Assembly (NCBI GenBank): GCA_010909165.1
Contig: MU008169.1
Span: forward strand, 434,001-498,000
Direction of reading: 5' to 3'
Length of the DNA: 64,000 nucleotides
DNA from: Anthoceros angustus
Taxonomy: Eukaryota > Plantae > Anthocerotophyta
The notes below the pieces were generated by a model, which worked only from the letters and a program-made list of their open reading frames with translations, was not told the DNA's origin and searched no databases. Shown here in pieces: positions 48,531 to 61,432 of this stretch. A program made the position numbers and the translations under genes. Within the stretch, counting starts at the first letter, position 1; each line of letters starts with the position of its first letter.

Positions 48531-51026
48531 TCCAAAAACCTCATTGCCCACGGCGCCTCGAACTGTTGATAGCTCGCCTCAGCCACTCCCAACTTGGTCA
48601 GTACTCCAGGGTTCCTACCTCCCCAGATCCTATCTTTTCTTTGCCTTGATCCTGCGTGCGGCAGCCATGTTGTGTGGCGCGCTCAGCCGGGACTAGGATC
48701 CACATGCAAGCGCGGTGGCTAGGGCCAGATCTGGCATGTGCGCTAGTGTTTTTCGTGGCAGTCTGTGGACAGACGGGGTTTCATGGCCTCACTCCGCGAA
48801 TGGACGACGCACGCGGATTCGCCCGAGGGTTTCACCTTATCTTCCCGTTTGCGGCTTGTCTGTTTTTATCTTTATAATTACCAAGGTTAGGTCTGAGAGG
48901 GGGTATTAAATAATAGCATTATTATTATTGGGTCTAACCTAACTTAATAATTATATTTAGGGTTTAGAGGTAAAGCTGAAACTTTATTAAGTTTAGGTCA
49001 CGTAGTGTCATTTCTAGGGTTTCGTACGGTTACGACTCTTCACACACTTTCTTGTACCTTTTCCTACCCTTCCATAATTCATTCTCTCATGTGCTATGTG
49101 TTGTGTATTCCTCCTAGTGCTGATTGTGTTACCATAACTTTTTAGCAGGCTTGAAGTGCACAAATTACCTCCCAGACATGAATCGCCTGCATCAAGCGGT
49201 GACAGCCATGTGCCTGTATTGCAGTTGACGGGGGCTCCCACTGCAAGAGATGGCGTGGGAGTGACTTGCCAACAGAGGGTGCAGGTTGCGTTGTGGAGGC
49301 GGGTAGACAACGAGGCCTGTATAGCATAGGGTAGGAGGAGAGCGCATCCAACGTAGGTGTCCGCAGGCGGTGCTTGTGTAGGCACAAATGATGATGGCAA
49401 GCCAATCACGGACGGCCATGAAAAAATCGCTGTTTTTTGAAAAGGAACATGTGCGGTGATTGTGCCGGCCAAAGAATGGACGCCCCCTTGTAGAGGCCAT
49501 TGGGTTGCTCCGAGGTGCGTGAAGCGGGCAGAAGTTATTGCAGGGGCATGGCAATAGGGAAGGGGGCGCCACGTGGAGGCTTCCCACTCGTCAGCCAGGT
49601 CTCTGTGCCCACAATTTTGCAATGGCGCCCCCCATTTTTTACGCTTGCCTCCAAAACCGTGGGAAGCCAGATATGAGGAAACCTACAAACCTAAACCCTA
49701 AAGGCCTCCACCACCATGTCCTAACAAAACCCCTGCTTCAAGGTACCTAAAGCCGATGACCACCAGTCCTAACCCCTATGATCACTGTCCTTGATGATGT
49801 AGAGGTCGTTCATCTCCTCCCACAAGACATGGTTGGCGTGCGTCCAGTTCGTAGAAGAGGTTGTAATGAAATCCAGAGGGGGCGATAGCGTCGGGGCCAG
49901 CTGTACAACCTGTGAGTCAAGCCGTCGGAGTGGAACTTGGCCATCCACATCTTGAAGTCCTCCAATGACTCCGGATGCTTGGACTGCGAAGCCTCGCATT
50001 GATTGTTAGAACCCAATGGCCATCCATTAAAATGAGTATGCATGAAATACTACACTTTCAGCTTCTGGAAGCCACTCTCACAGGTTGAAGTCCAGGTCCA
50101 GTCCAAATACCTGCGACCACGTTCCCTCAGCTCGAAAAGAAGTTCGAAGTCCAAGGGGTAGTTCTCTATGTGGCAGATGAGGTCGTTGTGGTCCTCGACA
50201 TGTTGCAATAGTGCATCAAGCTCCTCGTAGCACAGAGGATGCATTGGCTTCTTCGGGTCATAAGACCTGTAAAGCAACTCACTCCACATATTAGGATCGG
50301 GTGAGCTCGGAGGAGAGCATGGAACCCTCCTCCATCGGCCCGTGACATGCCGTGGTGCAGGGCCGGAGCTGCGGCATGTGAGGAGGAGAGGGTGGGCCGG
50401 TGCCTGCCATCCCGCCCACAACCGTAGTATGCCTGCAAACTACCTGCACTAGCACCACCCAGCCGCGTGGATGTAAGCCATCTGCAAGAAAAGGAGCATT
50501 ACGCCAACAATGCATTGAGGGGTTATCTGGCCTTACTTGCGGGTGATCGTTCCCGATATGCCCGATGGCAATGTCCCCAAGCAAAACTTGAGACAAAGCA
50601 AACAATTCGACACCACCATGATCAGCAAGAAATGGAGACGAGGTTAGTAGGTGCTTGGTGCAGGGATGGGGAGGATTGATACGGGGCGGGGCTGGGAGCA
50701 ATGTGGCCGCTTTGGTGCGTCCGCTTTGGGCTATCCCATTTCGGGTTACCAAACCGGACACCGAAAAGAGTGTGGTGTGAACAAAACTTTCGCGCGCGAA
50801 AAAAAAGTGCCCCATACTATGGCATACCCTTTGAAGAGTTTTCGTTGCTTTCACTTTGTACGAATTTGTGTAGCAAGTGACAATGTTCATCAAGAAGTAG
50901 AACGAGAATTTTATTGAAGTCCACTAAGGACGAATTTTCGTCATGGGACTTCGTATAATTAAGGTACCCGTGGGACAAGTGGCTTAAAAGACTGTCTAAA
51001 TCCTGCTTGTGCAGGATCGCCATGCC

Positions 51027-54000
51027 ATGGCCGCCCTCCTCCGATCAGGCCTCCGTCGCAGGCGCTTTTCTGCTTCCGATCCGGTCGGTTCAGCTGCGGT
51101 ATGTTCTCATTTCGGTCTGTTGCTTTGAGCGTAGATTGTGATCTGTGTGTACTTGGAGGAGCAGGAGTGAAGCACGCGTAGCTTAACGGTCTCCTTTTCG
51201 CTTCTTTCAGCTGTCTGTGCGGCGGGGAAGATGGAGGAATCCAGTACCAGATGCAGCGTGCTGCAAATTGACGGATTCGGAGTCAGGGGCGATATCGCCA
51301 GAAATTGTCCGACAGGCTGGTGCAATTGCGGGGGCTGGGAATGATGTTTCCAAGACTCAGACAGAGGCTTCCACGGCCAACTGTGCTACACGCACTTCAG
51401 GACCTCATGCCGGGTTTGGCGCAGGAATTTCTTGGAATTGGAGCATTAGATCTCGGTTGGACAATTATCCTCATTGTGGAAGATACCGCTCAACACCAGT
51501 GCAGGACATGAAACGTGAGCTGATGAAACGTGGAGGGCAGCCCGTTCGGCATGAGCATAGCCTGAGCAACGAATGGTTGGCAGCAAGGCTTGTGGCTGAC
51601 AGGAAAAGGAGGCAGTTGAGACATAAACGCATGCAGTCACGATCCAACTCTGGGGATAAGGATGACCCCAACGTGTTTACTCAAGTGGATGAGCTGCCTG
51701 CTTCTCCGACCCTCTCCCAGCCACCTCCGAGCCAGCCACTTTCAGGGAGCTTAAGACCAGCTTCTCCTGAGGAGGTGTGTGACAGAGATGACGATGCAGC
51801 GTCTGTTTATCATGAGATCTGTGCACTGATGTGATCAATGGGGGTGTGTTTGTTGCAGGAAAAGTTAGTTCCTGTGCTGGCGAGGCCAGACTTGCTGATC
51901 ACGAGAAATATTGAGTGGGCCAATTTGGCCTTCGGATTTGAGCAGGTGCGGGCCGTAGAGGCCAATAATGTCATGCTAGTAGTTTCTGTTTCTTCGTGTA
52001 GAGGAGATTGTTTTGAGTTTCTTTGGGGTTGGATGTGCTGCAGCAAAATCGATACGTTGTGATTGATCCACGACAGCCTCAGGGTGTAAGTATCAATGTG
52101 TTTCGTACATCACCAACCTTTGGCAGATAGACTGGAAACCTCCGCCATAACTTGGTTGCAGCATGGGGGTGTGAAGCATGGCCACTGACATTGTCGTTTG
52201 CTCCCAGCCAGTTGGCTACATTGTGGAAGACAGTGCCTGGTTCATGAGACAGGTGATTTTCTTGGTTCCTGTGAGATGAGGCGTTCTTAGTCTGGAGAAC
52301 TGCTTCCTGAGGAGCTTCAAGAGGCATGCCTAATGGTTACTGACTAGGAAGGCTGGACATGTGATGCAGCTTCTGAGGACAAGGCGCTCATTTATTGCAT
52401 CTGTGTTGGATGGGAATGGGGTTGAATTGTTCCGGGTATGGGGATCAGTCAAGCAGTTAATTAGACGTTTATCTTGAACACAGTCAGTAGTGCAAGTGGT
52501 GGAGGCTTCCTATTAACCTAGAATTCGCACTGGGATTTTCAGATTCGACGACCTATGTGGCTCATTAACAGTACGATCTATGTTGAAGTTGATGGGAAGG
52601 TTGTTCAACGGCACTGAGAATTCCATCCTGTTGATGTGTTTTGATCTGGTTTCGTTGGTATCATAATGCTTTATGGAGGTGACATTGTGCATGTTTCGTG
52701 TTGGAGGTGTGCAGGTTATTGGCGAGGCTCACCGAAGGTGGCACCTGTGGAGGCGTGTCTATGATTTGTACATAGGGTGAGGCTTTGCAAGACTCTCTGG
52801 TGATGTGGGCTGCTTTCCCCTTCCTACTAATGTTGGGTACACACAGGAACAAGCAATTCGCAACTGTAGAGAATCCTGGATTTTGGTACTGGACGTTCTC
52901 ACTCAAGGATAAAGATGGTAAATTGCTCGCAGAGATTGACCGGAACTGGAGGGGTTTTGGGTTTGAGGTAAGATCAGGTGTTCGTTGTCGGCTAGTGTCA
53001 GGAATGCGCAAGTTATTGAGAAGCACATTCTGTGCACTTGGTCTAGTTGCTAGTTTGTGTGGGCGCTCATTTGCCCGCAAGGAAATGAATTTCTGTCACT
53101 TTTGTTGCAGTTCTTCACCGATGCAGGGCAATATGTCATTCGCTTTGGAGACGTCACTGAAGATGTGAATGAAGCTCAAAGATTCACACATCTGTCGGCC
53201 GGTCAGCAACTAGGTCCTACTCCTCCGGGGCAGTCTGGCGTGGTTCTTCAGACAGAAGAGACTCAGGTGCATGTTCGTTTCTTTCCTGGCGGTGGGGTTG
53301 GTGTTCTTGGTGTTTGGAAGTTGTAATGGTTGTCTTTGTCTGGCCAACAATTCCGTCCTTGGTATCTGTGGTAAGCAGGTTGAGCCCTTACTGGTGGATC
53401 ATCCCTTGAACCTGTCGGAGAGAGCTATTACACTGGCATTAGCTGTGTCACTTGATAACGACTACTTTTCCCGACACTCAGGGTAACTGCAGCTCTTTCC
53501 TCGGGGAACCGGCTTTACAGATGAGTATCTTTTTAATAGATCGACAGTGACGCTTTACGTACGTGGGGAAACTTTGCAGTTCCTTTGGAGGTTTCCACAT
53601 ACCTTTCTTCGGTGCATCCGAGTTCGGGGATCAGGGGAGCAGTTCCTCAGAAGAGAAATCCAATGCCAGTGCCACTGGTGTTGACGTTGCTGCAGAATCA
53701 AGGGAATCCGGGGGTCACTACGGGGAGCAAATCTCGGATCAAGATGCTACTGCTCATGATCAAGGTGGCTTTCACGATGTTCATGATCGAGGTGGCTTTC
53801 ATGATTTTCATGATCAAGGTGGCTTTCACGAGGTTCATGATCGAGGTGGCTTTCACAATGTTCATGATCGAGGTGGCTTTCATGATGTTCATGATCGAGG
53901 TGGCTTTCACGATGTTCAAGATCAAGGTGGCTTTCAAGATGTTCATGATCAAGCTGGGTCCCAAGATGGTCAGGATCAAGGTGGCTTCCAAGATGGGCAG

Positions 54001-54129
54001 GATGAAGGTGGTTTTGGTGCCTTTCAAGACGTGTTTGGAGATATATTTGGCAAAGATAGAGATGGTGATGGGGGTAGCGACTGGTGGGGCGGGAGTGGGG
54101 ATTTGGGTGGAAGCGAAGGTTCATCATGA
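51027..54129 (+). CDS. Phospholipid scramblase / AIM25-like protein, probably mitochondrial, multi-exon, with a repeat C-terminal tail
   Basis: Presequence-like MAALLRSGLRRRRFS. Exons give VLARPDLLITRNIEWANLAFGFEQ, RRPFIASVLD, RRPMWLINSTIYVEVDGK, HRRWHLWRRVYDLY, WYWTFSLKD..LAEIDRNWRGFGFE, TDAGQYVIRFG and ERAITLALAVSLDNDYFSRHSG. A phase-compatible last exon starts SFGGFHIPFF. Confidence 0.88.
53755..54024 (+). repeat. 27-bp coding tandem repeat, 10 units, consensus HD(Q/R)GGFHDV
   Basis: CATGATCGAGGTGGCTTTCACGATGTT-type units, read directly from the sequence. Confidence 0.92.
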
Positions 54130-54349
54130 GTTGCTCGGCAAATTTTGTAGGTCCTATACTGACCAGCTCGCTTACCTGTGTAAAGCATAGACTGGACACT
54201 GCCAGAAGCTCCTGTCATTTGTAACAGATATTGACTGACCTTTCGTAGGGCTCTACCAAGAGTGTCTTTCATTGTTGCAATCCCTCACATAGGGTCCCAG
54301 CTGGGGGAGCATTCTCTGCATTCGACTCAAGTTATGTCAACAAACCGGA

Positions 54350-55255
54350 CTACTTTCTGTTGGGTCTAGGGGGTGCTGGAATGATGCCCCACCGCGTCCT
54401 CACTTCTTCGAGATCTTCTGCAAAGTATTTTTCATAGTATATGCAAATGAGGTCATCACAGGACTTCCCAGCCTGCACAGACCAGGGCAAGTAGTGCTTG
54501 AACAGCAGCTCCCTCTGCTCAGGCTTGAGCCTCCAGGAAGCACCCGCCACCGATAAGAAACACATGGGAAGCATAGTCTGCTTGAACTCTACCATCTTCA
54601 GTGCCAGCTCGCCAAGAACGCTGGTCGGAACATTGAAAAGCACGTGCCAAAAGTCATGCACCTCCCTAGCCCGAGTTGCAACGTACGCAACCTCATCCTG
54701 CTCCAAAAACCGCACCGGCGGCCTGTCATCCGGCGAGAAATTCCTGGACCCCATGAACCTAGCATACGCTGCCCCGAATGTGTTAGGCGGCAGGTCCCAA
54801 GCATGCGACACGAATTCGGACATCACCCGGGGCCGCTCCAGCAAGATCCGCCGGCCTTCATCGCTCCTCTTCATCCTCTCCAGCAAGCCGCGGAACGCCG
54901 GCCCACCCGTGGTCTCTCCCAAGGCGCCAACCAGATCCGCCCGCGCAGGATCCAGCAGCGCTCCCACTGCAGACCCCGCGGCCACCAGAGCCTGCTGCCA
55001 GGGTTTGAGCGGAACCCTAGCTCCCTTCCCCCGCCCTTCTCCGTTGCCATGCCCTCGCTCTTCCGTGTGCTCTGCACCTGCAACTGCGCTTAAAGACCTC
55101 CCGCCACTCCCCCATGCAAGACATCCCCCGCCACTCCACGGCCTCTCAATTGTGCTCGCTTCTGTTCGAAAACCTCTGCTCCCCGACTCCGGCCACGGGA
55201 GGATCCAGGATCCCCGCCATCTGAAGCCGCGAAGGCCATGTACCGTCCGATACAT
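54350..55255 (-). CDS. COQ4: Ubiquinone biosynthesis protein COQ4, mitochondrial, intronless
   Basis: [45 protein letters not shown] and the metal-binding [11 protein letters not shown]...GELALK motif. First in-frame ATG at 55255 ([13 protein letters not shown]) looks like a presequence. Confidence 0.95.
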   Translation of the reverse strand: MYRTVHGLRGFRWRGSWILPWPESGSRGFRTEASTIERPWSGGGCLAWGSGGRSLSAVAGAEHTEERGHGNGEGRGKGARVPLKPWQQALVAAGSAVGALLDPARADLVGALGETTGGPAFRGLLERMKRSDEGRRILLERPRVMSEFVSHAWDLPPNTFGAAYARFMGSRNFSPDDRPPVRFLEQDEVAYVATRAREVHDFWHVLFNVPTSVLGELALKMVEFKQTMLPMCFLSVAGASWRLKPEQRELLFKHYLPWSVQAGKSCDDLICIYYEKYFAEDLEEVRTRWGIIPAPPRPNRK

Positions 55256-55829
55256 CAGCCCCCGATCTGACAACCAGAACAAAACCGCCGTGCCTTGCAC
55301 TGATGCTCAATTCTTCCTTCAAGAATCACCAACCCCGAATTCGAGCTCGCCCCGTTCTCATCTGGCATCCGCGTTCTGGCGGAACTGCACGCGCATGTTT
55401 ACTTGTCTCCAACAGAGCTCGGCTCCATGGGATCGTGGCCGAGCCGTACGGCACCGACGATCCCAGCTCACCCGATGTCACTTCCAGTTTGTGCCTTCCG
55501 GGGCTCCGCTCTTGGAAAATCAGAGCTGGCGTTAACTTTTCAGACATCCGTACGGTTGCAGGCTGCACAGCCTGCTCTGCATTTCCAACCGAACAAAAGG
55601 CCACAAATACGTACACACGTGGTCAAACCAGGAAACTTCGCTCTTGGCGAGCTTTTTGCATTATTCTTTGATGACATCGAGGTATATGTGTGGGAAAGGA
55701 ATATAACGGGCACAATACCAGCATCTGTAAGTGGGTAGTTTAGAATCAACTTTCCAAAACACAACAAGCCTGTCAAAGACACCTGGGAAGGAGAAGGAGA
55801 AGAACTTGGTACTTGACAACTTGGTGTGC

Positions 55830-55950
55830 CTAAGCTACTTGCCCTTAATGGAATAATGTACTCGCCCTTATTGGAATAAGCTACTTGCCCTTATTGGAAT
55901 TCAATAAGCTACTCGCCCTTATTGGAATAAGCTACTTGCCCTTATTGGAA
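55830..55950. repeat. ~24-bp minisatellite (AATAAGCTACTTGCCCTTATTGG), about 5 copies
   Basis: Seen directly in the COQ4-subtilase intergenic region. Confidence 0.85.
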
Positions 55951-56901
55951 GTGGAGTTCTTATGATGTGTGTCCATTTGGCATGAGCCATTGAGACACAC
56001 ATTTATAAGAACACCAATGAAGGTGATAGAAGAATGTGGGCTGTATATAGAAACGTGATATTCACAGCGTGGTATTATCTTTTGAGGGTCACTTTGTTGA
56101 ATAAGTAGAGATGGAACAAACCCGTATTACATCATCTTAGGAAAAGCCTTAGGATCGGTCATGCCTAAAGTCACATGGTAGTGTTTATGACATCTGATTA
56201 GGCAAAATAAAAATACCCATATACCAGGTAATGAGATTATGGAGCATCTCCTATTTAACTTTGCAAGAGGATTGCTCCTAGTACATTTTCACCAATGTCA
56301 TAAAGTTATATTTCTTTCTAGTGGGATAAAATATTATCTTTATCTTCAAGATTACTCTTATGGGAGAAATATTGGTGAAAAGTTGCTGCCCATTCGTCCT
56401 TTCCGTGTCATGCAATTGGAACATATATGTTTGAAAGTAAAAGAATATAATAGGTTCGTCATAATTATCACAATATTATATTAAATATATAATAATGTAG
56501 TTTTTATGTATCTATATTTTATTCATGGTGGTTCATCTATTGCACCCATCCATGTGCTGGAAAAAAGAGATATTTTCTTAAACTTAAATTTTTATGTAAA
56601 AAAATAAAAATAAACTACTTCAAGGTTTGCTTGTTAGATTCCTCTAGTGTGGTTGCCAGTCCCTCCCGTTGTTCCAGGACGTTGGTCCAAATCGCAAGTC
56701 AAAGGCATTCACACACGGGGTGCTACGCCAGCGAAAGTTGCTCAACAGAAGGAATGCAGAATATGGTGATGCCAACGAGTAGTGTCTTGTCTGCAATTTC
56801 CAAACCAGCTACAAATTAAAGCAACCAATTGCCACAAAGGTCAATGTGATAACTGCGCGGCTGTGTAAGGCCAGGAGATCTGTTTATGCTCAAGGCAAGC
56901 C

Positions 56902-59900
56902 ATGGGCAAACGTTGGCTGGCCTCGGCTCTGGTCTTGGCCCTTCTGGTTGCAGCAGCTGTGCATGTGCAAGCTCATGAGAAGGAACTCCAGTCCACCGCT
57001 GAGTCGAAGCAGGTGGGCTGGTGACGGGATCACCGAGTCCTGCAGTTTCAACTATTTAAGATTGCAACCTTCTGATTGTGAGATTGGCCAGGTCTACGTC
57101 GTGCATTTGCGGAAAAATGCTAATGTGGACCGGAACATCCCCGAGGCCCACACACTGGCAGCGGAACGGCACGCAAATCTTCTCACTTTGGTGCACAGCA
57201 GGTATGCTTCATTGGGTTGTTGTTCCATTTACCAGATTTGTTGGGTTGTTGTAAGAATTACGTACTAGGCTGTTTGAGTTGGTGTCTGATCGGTTTTGGT
57301 GTGGGCTGAACTGCAGCTATGACGCCGCCATGGAATGCCGGCTCTACAGCTACAGAAATGTGTTTGATGGGTTCTCGGCCACCTTGACCAGCCAGCAAGC
57401 TGCCACCCTTGCAGGCGCGTGTGCTAGCCTGCATTTTTGTTGCTGGTTTGGCTCGCGATTGGTTTCAGTGGGAAGGGATTGACGTTTTGCTCGCATTTGA
57501 TTCTTCAGAGCTGCCGGAGGTGGCGACCGTCTTCCCCGCCGGGGTGGCCCGCCTCATGACCACGCGGTCCTGGGACTTCCTGGGTCTGTCGTCCGAGAGA
57601 AATGCTTCTGGGCTGTCCAAAGAAAGCCAATTCGGGCGTGATGTCATCGTGGGAGTTTTCGATTCAGGTCATTGCATCATGCCATCCATGGACATCTCTA
57701 GGCTGTTCTTCTTGCCTTCTGATCAGCAGCAATCTGACAGTGACGATTGCTGGGTATCTGGCAGGCATATGGCCTGAATCTCCCAGCTTCAGTGACGAGT
57801 CCTTCACTCCTGTGCCCTCCCGGTGGAAAGGGAGATGCGTTGATGGCCAAAACTTCACAGCATCCAAGCATTGCAACAGGTACACTGCATTCGATGCAAT
57901 TTCCAAGTTGGGCACAGAAAGTTGCACATCCTCAATGTGATTAAAGGCATAAATCTTTTTGTAGTGTTTAGTACTTAAACACATCTCTGATTTCAGGAAG
58001 ATCATCGGAGCTCGATACTACAATAAGGGATTTCTTGCAGCAAACCAAACCCTTGATGAAAATGGCTTTCTTTCAGCTAGAGACTCCGATGGCCACGGCA
58101 CTCACGTTGCTTCCACCTTAGCCGGCCGATATGTGGAAGACGTGAGTTTATTTGGATTGGCTAAAGGTGCAGTAAGGGGAGGAGCGCCTTTGGCAAGATT
58201 GGCAATTTATAAGGTACTTTCACCAAGCAACATAGTGACGAGTGTTAGTTACAATCTTCTATAGATGTCATGAACTCACAACTTGCAATGTTTTCAGGTT
58301 TGTTGGCCAGGATGCTATGTAGCTGACATACTGGCTGCATTCGATGATGCTATAGAGGATGGAGTCGATCTTTTATCTCTCTCTTTGGGATATGAGCCAC
58401 CCGAACCGAACTATTTTCAAGATCCTATAGCTGCAGGTGTCTACTACGCAATGAAATATGGCATTCTATCAATTTGTGCAGCAGGGAATGGAGGACCAAC
58501 TCTATCCTCTGTTGTGAATGGACCACCTTGGACTCTTACGGTCGGTGCTAGCAGCATAGACCGTACATTTCCAACAAATATTGCACTCGGCAATCACGAA
58601 TCCTTTTTGGTAAGCTAATTAATCACTTTTTTTTAGATTTGTTTGTATTGAGGTGTAAATTTTTGCTGAAAAACTCATTATTTACAGGGATCTAATGTAC
58701 TTAATCAACCAAATGGTACGAATAAATGGCATCCTCTTATCTATGCAAGAGAAGCTTTCAACGATATAAAAAATATTAACAATGCAAGGTATACAAGATT
58801 TTTTATACTAGAATTTATTATGATATTGAGGTTGATGGAATATCTAAAATTTATGAATTGCTGTTGGAATTCATTTTGCAGCCAATGCATCTTAGGGGCT
58901 TTGGATGTCAATAAAGTGAAGGGCAAAATCATCCTCTGTGAAACCCGTATCGATTATGATTTTTTTGACAAGATTAGGGCAGTGACTGAAGCAAAGGCGG
59001 CCGGGATGATTCTTATTGGGATTTTTAAAGATGATCAAACAATGGCTCTTCCTCTTCCTGTTGCTCTAGTCAACGGACCAACAGGTACCCGGATAAGAAC
59101 ATATATCAGCTCCACAAAGTAAGTTGCAGCCAAGATGAAGCTTGTAGAAATCCAAAAACTTTATTTACAGCCATGATTTAGCCTAACAAATTATATTGTA
59201 CAGGCAACCATTAGCAAAAATTGGACCAACCTTTACAAAACGAAGTGAAGAATATAAAGCACCAGCTGTGGCCTCATTCTCGGGTAGAGGACCAAATCTC
59301 AAGAACCCAGAGATCATAAAGGTAATTGCTCAGCAATATTTGTCTTATGTCACACTGCATTGCTGAAAAAGAATCTAATACAATATCAAATTTTCACAGC
59401 CCGACATTGTAGCTCCAGGGATCTCTATTCTTGCAGCTTGGTCACCCGTTGGTTCTATTAATAAAATAATCAGCGATACTCGAAGATTCGGTTATTACGT
59501 TCAATCGGGTACATCAATGGCCACGCCACATGTATCAGGATTAGCAACTCTAATCAAATCAGTACATCCAACATGGAGTCCTGCGGCAATAAAGTCAGCT
59601 ATTATGACCACAGGTACATTGCTTTCAATTTTTTTATGCATGTCTTTCCATTAAGAAAATATGTTATATTTTATAAAATAGCTTAATATTTGTAAAACTT
59701 ATTTGGATAAATTATTTTCTCTTTTGCAGCTACAAGATTGGACAACTCGGAGTGGCCAATAACTGACAATGCTCTAGCAGGCTCTTTTGCTACACCATTT
59801 GCTCTGGGTGCTGGTGAAATCAACCCAACTCGTGCGGCACATCCTGGGTTGATTTTTGACATATCTCCTGACGATTATCTCCTATTTTTATGTGCTTCTG

Positions 59901-60301
59901 GTTATAATTCCACTACCATTAAAATATTTGCAAATGATACCTATAACTGTCCGACATCATATCCAGATACTAAAGATCTCAATTATCCAACAATTCATTT
60001 CAACCGTGGACTAAGTACTGGACCACACAACACTGTATTAAGGACTGTGACAAATGTGGGTGACAAGAATTCAACGTATCGTGCAATTGTTGTCTCTCCT
60101 CTCGGAGCACAAATTAAGGTGAGTCCGAATGAGCTAAAATTCTCAAGATTAGACCAGAAACTCAATTTCAACGTAAGTATAGAACCAAGAGTAGCTAGTA
60201 ATGTCCAACAAATATGGAGTGGTCCAAGTACAGGAGCTGTTGTATGGGTAGATCTAAAGAAAAAATACTATGTGAACATGGTTGTTTTGATGTCACCATG
60301 A
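56902..60301 (+). CDS. Subtilisin-like serine protease (S8A; signal, I9 prodomain, PA and Fn3-like domains), about 12 exons
   Basis: Signal [19 protein letters not shown]; I9 [16 protein letters not shown]; TTRSWDFLG; catalytic D (VGVFDSG), H ([10 protein letters not shown]) and S ([12 protein letters not shown]); KPDIVAPG-type motif, GAGEINP and RTVTNVG. The frames I checked are intact. Confidence 0.95.
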
Positions 60302-61432
60302 TCCTGTGAAACACATGCTAAAAATGTAAATTCTCAAGTTGTAGTCAATTCATTTTTAGGGTATTAGCCATAGGAAGGATATGGGAAAGTAATGGATGTG
60401 AATTATTGTAGAAGCATTTATACCAATCAAATTCCCTCTTGTATATGGCTTGAAGTTTGATCATGACAAAATGTTTTCGTGCAAATGTAATTAGACTCAT
60501 TACATGTAATTATGTATACTGTAGTGTGAACAATAAACTTCAAGGTGCATGAGTGTTTAAGATAATATTTATAGTGAGAAATTACATTCATAAACTATAT
60601 ATTTTGGAGGGCACACGGTACTCTTTTATACTCTTTTACACGTAGAAACGAGCTGTAAATAGGCTTTCCTACTAAGAGCCTTGAAAGACTAAATCCCTAT
60701 TTGCTATGAACAACAAGGTCAAAGAACAATCCAAAAAATTATTCTTTTGTAGTCGGTTTCTAATCCAGGGCTAGTTAAGTATTATTTGCTCTTTCTGTTG
60801 AATATAAGCACTTTCATTTTAGATACTTCTCTCATAAGAATATTATTTTTTAAGTCTTTTAAAAAAATTTAATTATTGACTAATATGCTAGCCAAAACAA
60901 GAAAGGAAAGCAACATTACATAAAGTAATATGCTAGGAAGTTTAGAAGGTTGAGAGATCGTGTTGAGTCGTACAGAAAAGGAAAGAACTACGATTGGGCT
61001 CGTAGCACCAGGGGAAGGGAAAGGGGAATGGCACCCCATCCGTGACTACCGTCAGTGTTTTAAAAAGTCATTCATTTTGCCCTGCTTCGCATCTTCCTGC
61101 GCTCGGCCTCCGTATTCGTCGCCATTGCCCGCGTTCCCGACTGAAACTTTGTTGTATTGGTGGGCGTCGGCATTGGAGATACTACATTGCCTTCCCCAGC
61201 CGAATCGGGCATTCATCTCTCCAACGGTGAGCTGCGGCACCGGCCTGCTGGGCGGCGCTGCTCTCGTCTTGGCTTGCCTTGTTGCCTTGCCTTTGTGGGT
61301 TGCAGATTTGGGCCCCGGAAGGTGGGGATCTGGGTGCGGGAGGAGGAGGAGGCCCGGGATCTGGGTTTTCCGAGTGTTCTTGACGCGCCCTTGGTGTTGG
61401 GTTTTTGTGGGCACAGAGGGAGGAGAGGCGAA

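Noticed and set aside
49685-49705. CTAAACCCTAAA as an interstitial telomere
   Set aside because: Fewer than two full units; such telo-box-like words are common in plant TEs and promoters.
53585-54199. Alternative-frame and antisense ORFs such as (MFMIEVAF)n, which look hydrophobic
   Set aside because: They are open only because the 27-bp repeat lacks stops; the spliced scramblase frame explains the region.
54498-55535. 345-aa plus-strand ORF
   Set aside because: Antisense shadow of GC-rich COQ4 with no recognisable motifs.
53755-55950. Tandem repeats considered as CRISPR-like arrays (also 9165-9362)
   Set aside because: No unique spacers between units, a eukaryotic context and no cas genes.
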